Virus record (IMG/VR): IMGVR_UViG_3300020050_007888
Coordinates: 7,554 to 71,553 of that record
Length of the DNA: 64,000 bases
Origin: a virus
Lineage: Duplodnaviria; Caudoviricetes
Strand: one strand, 5' to 3'
The first letter of the stretch is position 1, and the number at the start of each line of letters is the position of its first letter. The notes beneath the pieces are model-generated. The model did no database searches. It was not told the DNA's origin and worked only from the letters and a program-made list of their open reading frames with translations. The translations under genes and the position numbers were made by a program. Shown piece after piece: positions 1 through 7,480 of the stretch.

Positions 1-288
1 GAGATGCCTACATTATATTCCGTTAGCGGGAGCGCGGCATTCTATAATAAGTGTTCGCTTGGACTGGTGATTCACAGGGATAGCCAGACTTCGCAGACTA
101 TATTAAGTGTACAAAAGGTAAAGTTTAAGCATTGGGGAGAAAATGGAGAGTGTCGTCTTGCGTGGAACCGTGAGAATGGGCGTTATAATAGCGTGAATCA
201 TTATGATGATGCCAACTGGCTTATAAAAGAACAAATACAAACTAACTTCTATGAAAAAATCGAAGAACTTGGGGATGCTCCCTATTGA
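1..288 (+). CDS. C-terminal fragment of a Twinkle/T7 gp4-like primase-helicase (5' end outside the window)
   Basis: PTLYSVSGSAAFYNKCSLGLVIHRD...VQKVKFKHWGENG resembles the SF4 helicase C-terminal motifs. The frame is open back to position 1. Confidence 0.8.
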   Translation, partial: EMPTLYSVSGSAAFYNKCSLGLVIHRDSQTSQTILSVQKVKFKHWGENGECRLAWNRENGRYNSVNHYDDANWLIKEQIQTNFYEKIEELGDAPY

Positions 289-772
289 AACAACGTATAA
301 TGGAATAAAATTTCGTAGCCGTCTGGAAGCGAGGTGGGCTATGTTTTTTGATATGATTCATGTCAGATGGAATTATGAACCGGAAGGGTTTACTAATGGA
401 GACGAATGTTATTTGCCGGACTTCGTGCTATATAATGTGGCATTAAGGGATGACGCTCTGCCTGTTTATATTGAAATTAAGCCTGAGAGTTTTACTGAAA
501 GTCAATATAAGGAATGGTTTACTAAAAACCTGGTGTTATTTAACGGTACGCCGAAGCAGTTTATTTGGGGAAATTGTGATAGTAGTGGCGGTTTTCAATT
601 GTATCCGTGGTGGGATAATTGCATGAGGATTTGGAAGTGCGTAAAATGCGGAAGGATGAAAATTGAGTTTCATGAAAGAAATTATGACCACTGTGAAAAT
701 GGTTGTGATGGTAGAAATGATGATGCGGGAATGATGCGGGCAGCAAATTTAGCCGAAAGCGCAAGGTTTTAA
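251..772 (+). CDS. PD-(D/E)xK-family nuclease-like protein with a C-terminal Cys cluster
   Basis: YNGIKFRSRLEARWAMFFD...YEPEGF...YLPDF...YIEIKP has PD...ExK spacing; CVKC and CENGC lie near the C-terminus. Confidence 0.7.
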   Translation: MKKSKNLGMLPIETTYNGIKFRSRLEARWAMFFDMIHVRWNYEPEGFTNGDECYLPDFVLYNVALRDDALPVYIEIKPESFTESQYKEWFTKNLVLFNGTPKQFIWGNCDSSGGFQLYPWWDNCMRIWKCVKCGRMKIEFHERNYDHCENGCDGRNDDAGMMRAANLAESARF

Positions 773-791
773 GTATTGTTGATAACTTTCA

Positions 792-821
792 TTTGTTTTC
801 ACCGATTATTAGTTATCTTTG
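792..821 (+). promoter_or_regulatory. Bacteroidota sigma70-type promoter
   Basis: TTTG at 792-795, an 18-nt spacer, then TATCTTTG at 814-821, just upstream of ATG 826. Confidence 0.65.
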
Positions 822-825
822 CCAC

Positions 826-996
826 ATGCGAAGAAACACAAAAAAGATGGTAGGCGTACAAGCATGGATTGAGGACACTACATTTACAGAGGCAATGCTG
901 TTAGCTCAGGCAGATGATTTGAGTTTGTCGGCATGGATACGCCGCGCCATCAAGGAGAAGCTGATAAGGGATACGCCGGCGGGGAAGAAGGGATGA
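826..996 (+). CDS. Small ribbon-helix-helix-like DNA-binding protein
   Basis: VGVQAWI...AMLLAQADDLSLSAWIRRAIKEKL shows a strand-helix-helix pattern. ATG 826 follows the promoter and is preferred over 793. The stop overlaps the next start (ATGA). Confidence 0.55.
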   Translation: MRRNTKKMVGVQAWIEDTTFTEAMLLAQADDLSLSAWIRRAIKEKLIRDTPAGKKG

Positions 997-2207
997 TGCA
1001 CTTCGGACTATTTGAGGGTATAGGGGGCTTCTCGTTGGCGGCTCAGTGGATGGGATGGAAAACATATCTTACATCTGAGATTAATCCGTTTTGCAATAAG
1101 GTTTTGGATTATCATTTTCCAGAATCATACAGGCATGGAGATATTCACACATTGAACTATGAAACAATTAATATTGAACTTACAAAACGGTTTGGAACCC
1201 ACTGGAGAAATGACGACATCATCGTTACCGGTGGGTTCCCATAACTATGCCAACCATACAGCGCAGCCGGAAAGCGACTTGGAACGGAAGATGACAGGCA
1301 TCTCTGGCCGGAAATGCTTAGAGCAATTCGAGAGATTCAACCAACCTGGATCGTGGGCGAAAACGTTCGGGGCTTTACTAATTGGAACGGGGGCATGGTA
1401 TTCGACCAGGTGCAGGCTGATTTGGAAGCTCAGGGCTACGAAGTCCTCCCGTTTCTACTTCCAGCTTGTGCCGTCGGCGCACCGCATAGAAGAGACAGGA
1501 TATGGATTGTTGCCTACTCCAATGGCTTGCGAAGGTCACAAGAACATGAGTTGCAGCGATCAGAACTATTTAAGCAATCATGCAAGATCAGGTCTTCTCC
1601 CATCCCCCGTAGCGAGCGATGCGACCACGGGAGCGATAATAGGGAAGAACGATACGTTCAGAGAAACGAAAGGTCTACCGAGGAAGGTGAATCAGAACGG
1701 CAAGGACGGGAGTGTGGGATTAGGGAGGTTGGTTCAACTCCTTCCGACCCCAACCACGGGAGCCGATCACGGGACGCAGTACAAGCAGGGCGGGAGGAGC
1801 CTGAAGAATTTTATGGACCACAACGGTCTCTTACCAACACACAGAGAAGCGGCATCGAGGGGAAATTGCAGCAACAACAGAGGGAAGGGGAATTTAGAAG
1901 ATGCGATAGCGGGTATGTTGCCAACTCCAACGGCCAACTGTCACAAGGGAGGAGCGGTGAGGACAGACCCATCGAGGCAGAGCGACACGTTGGCACACCA
2001 CTTCGCAACGACTACTGGGCAAACTTCCCAACTGTCGCCCCTGTTTGTATGCGAAATGATGAGCTTTCCTTTGGATTATCTGGTATTACCTTTCCAAAAT
2101 GGCGAAACGAAAGCATAAAGGCGTTGGGCAATGCAGTAGTGCCGGCGTTAGTCTACGAAATATTTAAAGCGATTGAAAGTTATGACCCACCACCTACAAG
2201 CAGTTAG
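993..2207 (+). CDS. dcm: C5 cytosine DNA methyltransferase main chain (motifs I-VIII and X), interrupted by an in-frame TAA-CTA at 1242-1247; recoded gene or pseudogene
   Basis: Motif I (LFEGIGGF), then TGGFP-TAA-CTA-CQPYSAAG (motif IV), GENVRG (VI), PHRRDRIWIVA (VIII) and IKALGNAVVP (X). Track ORFs 933..1244 and 1314..2207 are in the same frame. Confidence 0.85.
1159..2118 (+). CDS. Overlapping +1-frame ORF, putative second methylase subunit (target-recognition repeats plus motif IX); true start uncertain (1159, 1210 or 1291)
   Basis: A 319-codon frame inside the dcm gene. It has five (L/M)LP(T/S)P-type repeats and ends QLSPLFVCEMMSFPLDY, a motif-IX-like segment absent from the main frame. 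The layout matches M.EcoHK31I alpha/beta. Confidence 0.75.
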   Translation: MKQLILNLQNGLEPTGEMTTSSLPVGSHNYANHTAQPESDLERKMTGISGRKCLEQFERFNQPGSWAKTFGALLIGTGAWYSTRCRLIWKLRATKSSRFYFQLVPSAHRIEETGYGLLPTPMACEGHKNMSCSDQNYLSNHARSGLLPSPVASDATTGAIIGKNDTFRETKGLPRKVNQNGKDGSVGLGRLVQLLPTPTTGADHGTQYKQGGRSLKNFMDHNGLLPTHREAASRGNCSNNRGKGNLEDAIAGMLPTPTANCHKGGAVRTDPSRQSDTLAHHFATTTGQTSQLSPLFVCEMMSFPLDYLVLPFQNGETKA

Positions 2208-2367
2208 AACGAGTAACGGGGATAAGCCGATGTGGTGGTTCTGCGGGGAGGTGCAGGTGGTTGTGGGTACGATACGGACTACGGTGAGAGAGGACAGCTT
2301 CGTCTATGTGATAATGGACATAGAGCTTAGTGGTGCGCTGCTGAGGTTTAGGAGTGGTTTGAACTGA
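2173..2367 (+). CDS. Small hypothetical protein
   Basis: ORF fills the gap between dcm and the GT2 gene; no recognisable motif. Confidence 0.3.
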   Translation: MKVMTHHLQAVRTSNGDKPMWWFCGEVQVVVGTIRTTVREDSFVYVIMDIELSGALLRFRSGLN

Positions 2368-2381
2368 TATAAGAGAGAACA

Positions 2382-3374
2382 ATGATAAGATATAGCCCTA
2401 CGCCCATAGAGGCAAACAAGAATGTGAGCATATTAATATGCCACCGAAATACGTTAGAGAATATCACGCTATGCGTGAGTTCTATTCTGACGCACTACCC
2501 CGATATTGAGATTCATGTATTGGATGGCATGAGTGATGACTATTCAAGAACATGGCTTAAGACAAGGGAGCAGATATACCCGCATCTGCATATCCACGAC
2601 TGGACAACGGACTATCATAGTCATGGCGTGATGATGGACCACGGTATCAAGAACGTTATCAAGACACCTTATGTATGGCTGATGGATTCGGATGTGATCG
2701 TGAGGTACAGGGTACGCCTGCCCGATGTAGAATACGCCACCGGTACACTCATGGTACAGAGTAAGAAGGGAGAGGGTTGTACACCAGGTGAAGGTGAAGA
2801 CTCCTTCCGCTACATCCATCCTTCGTGTTGTATCCTGGACAGAAGTAAGTATCAGGAGTACGCCCCCTTTACGGATCACGGTGCGCCCTGCGTATGGAAT
2901 ATGATAGAGGCGAACGAGGCGGGAGAGGTGCTGAGGGACTGGCCGGAAGGAAATGCAAGTATCCTGCATCTGTGTGGAGGGTCATGGACGACACCACGAA
3001 CAGTATGGTGGCATGATATGGGGGTGCAGACGAGACCGCTGGTGAGCTGGTTGGTTCCGATGGGGTTGACAGGACTACACCATGTACACGTAGACTCCGA
3101 AGTTGTAGTGAGAACAGATGTTGGTTTAAGCGAAGAAGATAATATTCAAATAGTAGGGTGGCTACAATTGCAGGTAATGAGCGATAATAGCTACTGGAAC
3201 CGTATGCGAGTGCGAGGCGAGTATGTGACATCACAGTACGTCAGTCATGAAGAAATCGAAGAGTTGGCTCAGTCCATCATACAGCACGGAGCGCAAGAGA
3301 CCTTCGGTCCCTTCACCCGCAGGGATGTTTGGCAGAGGAACACGACAAGGGGGAAATTATTACAACAGCAATAG
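2382..3374 (+). CDS. Glycosyltransferase, GT-A fold (GT2-like)
   Basis: VSILICHRN...EIHVLDGMSDD...TPYVWLMDSDVIV gives the GT2 N-terminal pattern with a DxD motif. Confidence 0.8.
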   Translation: MIRYSPTPIEANKNVSILICHRNTLENITLCVSSILTHYPDIEIHVLDGMSDDYSRTWLKTREQIYPHLHIHDWTTDYHSHGVMMDHGIKNVIKTPYVWLMDSDVIVRYRVRLPDVEYATGTLMVQSKKGEGCTPGEGEDSFRYIHPSCCILDRSKYQEYAPFTDHGAPCVWNMIEANEAGEVLRDWPEGNASILHLCGGSWTTPRTVWWHDMGVQTRPLVSWLVPMGLTGLHHVHVDSEVVVRTDVGLSEEDNIQIVGWLQLQVMSDNSYWNRMRVRGEYVTSQYVSHEEIEELAQSIIQHGAQETFGPFTRRDVWQRNTTRGKLLQQQ

Positions 3375-3499
3375 CAATGTTACCCCAACAATAATTTTCA
3401 CCCACCCACAAAACCCTTTCACCCAAGCACTATCTTTGGGGCGACAAGTATAGATCACTTAAACCAAACTCTTAACAACAAACACTTAAACTCAAAAAA

Positions 3500-3814
3500 A
3501 TGTTAGTCACAATCACCTCAGACGAAAAGATCAACGCAATCTTAGCCCCATTAACAGCAGCCGGTAACCCCGCATCAGTAGATGGTACTCCGGTATGGAC
3601 AGTAGTATCTGGCGACGCTACACTTGTTCCTGCAACAGACGGACTTTCTTGCTACCTTGTATCAGGATCAGTAGGCAACTCTGTTATCACTGTAACAGCG
3701 GATGCAGACCTCGGAGCAGGCGTAACCGAAATCACTGACACCATTGACTTAGCTGTTGTGTCTGCACAGGCTTCTTCACTTGGATTATCATTTGGCGCAG
3801 CAGAGCTTAAATAA
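3500..3814 (+). CDS. Small Ig-like beta-sandwich protein (possible virion decoration)
   Basis: All-beta Ser/Thr/Val-rich pattern (PVWTVVSGDATL...SVITVTADAD), an A/C-rich leader, and TATCTTTG at 3431-3438 upstream. Confidence 0.55.
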   Translation: MLVTITSDEKINAILAPLTAAGNPASVDGTPVWTVVSGDATLVPATDGLSCYLVSGSVGNSVITVTADADLGAGVTEITDTIDLAVVSAQASSLGLSFGAAELK

Positions 3815-3817
3815 GCA

Positions 3818-4132
3818 ATGAAAATCAACGTCGTACTGGACAACGCCAAGATTTACGCTGTCGATAAGATAGATGTACGTCTTGGCGAGGTCTTCAGGGT
3901 AGAGCTTGAAGATCAGGTCAGCAGGGTAGACTGGTTCAGCAACAACGATCCGGTGTTACGTATAGAAGTCAGTGAAGATGGAATGTCGGCTGTTGTACAG
4001 ACGCAGACTATCGGGAAGACGACTGTACAGTTTCAGCAGAACGGGAATGTGATACGGTTCATTGCTATTGAGATATTCGACCGCACAGCCGTGTCGTTGA
4101 ACCTCAGCTTTGGACAGCCGGAGGTGAAGTAA
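3818..4132 (+). CDS. Small Ig-like protein, paralogue of the upstream gene
   Basis: Same length (104 aa) as the upstream gene; C-termini align as AVSLNLSFGQPEVK versus ASSLGLSFGAAELK. Confidence 0.5.
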   Translation: MKINVVLDNAKIYAVDKIDVRLGEVFRVELEDQVSRVDWFSNNDPVLRIEVSEDGMSAVVQTQTIGKTTVQFQQNGNVIRFIAIEIFDRTAVSLNLSFGQPEVK

Positions 4133-4268
4133 TCACTTCATGCTCGGCGAGCCACTGACCACGTACAAGGTAGAAATAGCCAACAGTTGTGTGACTGACA
4201 TCTTCAATGATGCCTTGACGCACCTGTTGGCGCTTTCTGTATTTGGGGAGGATGAACTTTTCTCTCAT
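4104..4268 (-). CDS. Possible small SH3-like hypothetical protein
   Basis: From ATG 4268: MREKFILPKYRKRQQVRQGIIEDVSHTTVGYFYLVRGQWLAEHEV, a short beta-rich pattern typical of small phage proteins. Confidence 0.3.
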   Translation of the reverse strand: MREKFILPKYRKRQQVRQGIIEDVSHTTVGYFYLVRGQWLAEHEVITSPPAVQS

Positions 4269-4429
4269 AATTCGTGGTTGAAGCAGAGATAAAGAATATA
4301 GAAGAAGTTGGCAATATTTATCCACAAGATGATACCCAGGGCGCGGCTGACCCATGATTTATCTTTGAAAAGGAGGCAGTCGTTAATTAGGGTTTTCATC
4401 TTTCAATAGTTGATAGGGGGCATTATCCG

Positions 4430-4879
4430 TTACTTATATTCTTTATACAAAGTTATAAGTTTATCAAAGTCCACCTTAAACTGATCGAAAGTTTTTGCGA
4501 TGATGTAAATTCCACCGGCTTTTCTTACAGCCTCCATGCGTACTTTCTGTTCCGGTCTGTGCCGATCTTTCCCTACTTTCACTTCAACTGCTACTTTAAG
4601 TCCCAAGCGTAATCCATTGATTACTATGGGTAGTATAATGTCAATATCTTCGTAACCGTTGGTGGCTCCTGAAGTTACAAATATTTGTTTGTCGTGATTA
4701 AAGTTACCGGTAGTATTCACCCGTGCCGTAGCGCATCCAAGCAGTGTTGCGTAGTCCCGAATAGCCTTTGTGAGTGCATTCGTAGGTGACTGTTTATGAA
4801 TCTTCTTACTTGGAAAAGCCCTGTTCCACTGAGCTATTTGCTCCTCATCTGTCATCCATAATGGAGGTGGTTTTGGCAT
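4430..4879 (-). CDS. VRR-NUC domain nuclease
   Basis: ARVNTTG...GYEDID...VAVEVKVGKDRHRPEQKVRMEAVRKAGGIYIIA is the VRR-NUC D...EVK...Q...GG signature. Confidence 0.85.
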   Translation of the reverse strand: MPKPPPLWMTDEEQIAQWNRAFPSKKIHKQSPTNALTKAIRDYATLLGCATARVNTTGNFNHDKQIFVTSGATNGYEDIDIILPIVINGLRLGLKVAVEVKVGKDRHRPEQKVRMEAVRKAGGIYIIAKTFDQFKVDFDKLITLYKEYK

Positions 4880-4883
4880 GGGG

Positions 4884-4992
4884 CGAAGTTAGTAATAAAC
4901 GGTTTATAAAATAAACGATATATATTTGGCTACATTTGTTTATAAGAAATAGTGTTACATATTTGGCTATGTTTAGAAAAAATATATATTTG
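4884..4992. promoter_or_regulatory. Divergent Bacteroidota-type promoter region
   Basis: Plus strand: TTTG 4962-4965, 19 nt, TATATTTG 4985-4992, then ATG 5001; extra TAnnTTTG at 4921 and 4931. Minus strand: TAACTTCG 4891-4884 before ATG 4879. The 11-mer ATATTTGGCTA occurs at 4922 and 4959. Confidence 0.7.
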
Positions 4993-5000
4993 CCCTATTC

Positions 5001-5222
5001 ATGGCAAAACGCTGGATAGGGTCGTTGACGTTACAAAAGAGGGATCATACCCTTAGAATAACTGTCGATAATATTATCCTTGAGGGGAATAGCGAATACG
5101 AGATTAAGAGGAATCTGCGGAACATCACCACCGCGCTACGATATACGGATAGAAATATTGTAAAAGACAATCCGTCCCGATGGGTGGTTAGGGACTTTAT
5201 ACTATATAAGCAACTTCCATGA
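5001..5222 (+). CDS. Hypothetical protein
   Basis: First ORF after the promoter; its stop overlaps the next start (ATGA). Confidence 0.5.
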   Translation: MAKRWIGSLTLQKRDHTLRITVDNIILEGNSEYEIKRNLRNITTALRYTDRNIVKDNPSRWVVRDFILYKQLP

Positions 5223-5740
5223 CCATCAAGACCTACACCATCGAAGAAGGGCAACACTACTGCAACGGCAGTCAGTTTGCAACGATCAACACTAAGAAGA
5301 TGAACTTCGAGGCGAGGTTGCATCCGAACTGTTGGTATGATCCCGATATGTTTCCTTCATGGCATTTAAATAAAGGATGGGGTTGGAGCACAGATTTGTT
5401 TAACCGGTTCAGCAACCGGTGGACGTGGAGACCCTCTACAGAGAAGTGGAAGTTTGAACTCTACGCTTATCCGCATATCAACGGTACTTGGGTAAGGCAA
5501 GACAAGCTACGCAAGGACTTGCTTGGCATAGTGGAGGCTGACGAACTGTTCTTGGGGAGCATCTCTTTGACCGACTACGAGGACCCGTTGGAAAACGAGG
5601 CTACATATAATATAGGTATGAATACGGTGGTGCGCCACTATCCAACAAGGCCATCAACAGGTTGGAGACAGAGATTTTACTTTGGCGGGAAGCCTGTAGC
5701 ACCGTGGGCAATGTCAGCAGAGATCGGATATGAAATATAA
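5219..5740 (+). CDS. Aromatic-rich beta-sandwich protein, possibly lectin or polysaccharide-lyase-like
   Basis: Trp/Tyr-rich, with NKGWGWS...WTWRP...ELYAYPHING...YFGGKPVAP; translationally coupled into the GT operon. Confidence 0.4.
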   Translation: MTIKTYTIEEGQHYCNGSQFATINTKKMNFEARLHPNCWYDPDMFPSWHLNKGWGWSTDLFNRFSNRWTWRPSTEKWKFELYAYPHINGTWVRQDKLRKDLLGIVEADELFLGSISLTDYEDPLENEATYNIGMNTVVRHYPTRPSTGWRQRFYFGGKPVAPWAMSAEIGYEI

Positions 5741-6692
5741 GGTACTTATTGTTTCTGATAGCACAAGCCTTCCGATGGACTACTACCGGTCGGTGATGCC
5801 TTTTCAGTATTTAGACTGCGAGTACGATGTGGTGAAGACCTCTACGGAGATAGATTGGAGTATTGTGATACAGTACAATGTACTTTTCATGCAACGCCCA
5901 AGCAGTCAGACGGCATATAGTATCTGGACAACAGCTAAGATTTGTGGACTCAAGAGATGGGTGGACCATGATGATATGCTCTGGGGCGTGAATAGTGATA
6001 GTCCGGCGTGGGAGCATTACAAGGACAAGGAAGTGCAGGAGTATATCAAGCAGTTCATTGTGGAGGCGGATGTGGTGACTGTTAGTACGCCACGGTTAAA
6101 AGAGGAGTTAAGAAAGCTCACAGGAGTTGACGCTGTTGTGGTCCGTAATGCTGTGGTGCAGAAGAATGACATTCCGTATAAGAATTATAAGAAGATACTC
6201 TGGAGAGGGAGCGAAACGCACCGCATGGACCTGCTACTTGAAAGAGAGGAGTTGGTGAACTTACTTCAGGCGAATCCGGAGTACAAGATTATCTTTTTTG
6301 GTATGCAACCGTGGTTTATCACGCCATATATAGACAACTGGATTCACGCCGGATTCACCGATCTGACGACTTACTTTGAGATGATGAAGCGCATTGAGGC
6401 TTCGTTTGCCTATATCCCACTTGGCGATACCACTTTCAACCATTGCAAGAGTGACATAGCAGCACTTGAGGCTATCAATGCGGGGATGCTTCCGGTGGTA
6501 ACGCCAGGCATGACTGAGTTTGAACAGTACATCATGAAAGGGTGCGATACGGTCAGTTGCACAGAATCTTTAGAGTGGTACATGAGGCAGGATAGCGAGG
6601 ACTTGGAGAGTTGGTTTAATGAATTAAAAGATAATCTTAGAATGCTTGAAGATGAAAATAAAGTAAGGGAGGCTGTTTTATGCGGGTTGTAG
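5730..6692 (+). CDS. Glycosyltransferase, GT-B fold (GT4-like)
   Basis: YYRSVMPF, DHDDMLW, ADVVTVSTPRLKE, KILWRGS and FNHCKSDIAALEA are typical of phage GT-B enzymes. Confidence 0.75.
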   Translation: MKYKVLIVSDSTSLPMDYYRSVMPFQYLDCEYDVVKTSTEIDWSIVIQYNVLFMQRPSSQTAYSIWTTAKICGLKRWVDHDDMLWGVNSDSPAWEHYKDKEVQEYIKQFIVEADVVTVSTPRLKEELRKLTGVDAVVVRNAVVQKNDIPYKNYKKILWRGSETHRMDLLLEREELVNLLQANPEYKIIFFGMQPWFITPYIDNWIHAGFTDLTTYFEMMKRIEASFAYIPLGDTTFNHCKSDIAALEAINAGMLPVVTPGMTEFEQYIMKGCDTVSCTESLEWYMRQDSEDLESWFNELKDNLRMLEDENKVREAVLCGL

Positions 6693-7480
6693 TACACACA
6701 CTTGGGTATAACACCCACGGCATGATACGGGAGACGGGGAGGCTGTTACTTGAACAGAACCCTGGGGAGCATTTCGAGTATGTCATTGCCGATGCAGGTT
6801 ATCCGTTAAAGGACATGGAAGACACAGGTTCGCTCCGGTCCATGCAGGAGAACAGCGATAAGATAGAGGAGTACGCAAAGGAAGTTGGGGCGAGTTACTT
6901 GTATCTGAAGAACAAAGGAGTTAGCGGTAACTGGTCACAGATATTTGACTACGCTTGTTTGGGTGAAGGGGATGTGCTCATTGGTGCCGATCCTGACGAG
7001 AGACCCGTGAAGGACGGATGGGTGAAGGCAATTGCAGATGTGATGGCGGCAGACCCGAAGATCGCGGTATGCAGTCTTGTGATGGCGGAGCAGTCAGAAC
7101 TACTCAAGGACCCTAAGTTCATTGACGAAGAGAGGGTAGTTGCAGGACATAGGGTAATGTACATGAAGGGCTGTATGAATTGGGCGTTGATTGGACTCTC
7201 CGGAACATTCATCAAGCGATGTGGTGGGGTGCCGGTGCCAAGTAACGCTCCGATGTACGGATGGATTGAAGGAGCCTGTTGGGACCCGATGCGGTTCATG
7301 GGGATGCGATATGTGGTACTACTCGACTACGAGGTGGTGCATATAGCATCACACCCGCTTGCTTCTCAATGGAAGGTATGGGTAACAAGTAAGGCATACG
7401 ATTTAGGTATAGGTCAGATCACCTTTGAGCACTGGCTGTCATTAACGGAGGAAGAGCGCAATGGAACCAATCAAGGATAA
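6680..7480 (+). CDS. Glycosyltransferase, GT-A-like
   Basis: RVVVHTLGYN...YVIADAG...NKGVSGNWSQ...ADPDE (DxD)...WVKAI...DPKIAV. Confidence 0.65.
   Translation: MRVVVHTLGYNTHGMIRETGRLLLEQNPGEHFEYVIADAGYPLKDMEDTGSLRSMQENSDKIEEYAKEVGASYLYLKNKGVSGNWSQIFDYACLGEGDVLIGADPDERPVKDGWVKAIADVMAADPKIAVCSLVMAEQSELLKDPKFIDEERVVAGHRVMYMKGCMNWALIGLSGTFIKRCGGVPVPSNAPMYGWIEGACWDPMRFMGMRYVVLLDYEVVHIASHPLASQWKVWVTSKAYDLGIGQITFEHWLSLTEEERNGTNQG

Noticed and set aside
1242-1244. Genome-wide stop-codon reassignment as the explanation for the TAA in dcm
   Set aside because: TAA (capsid 11549), TAG (6692, 12577) and TGA (8978, 32 other coupled junction types such as ATGA overlaps) end genes cleanly, and long ORFs tile the window under the standard code. 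Simple reassignment would also leave two extra residues inside the PC motif.
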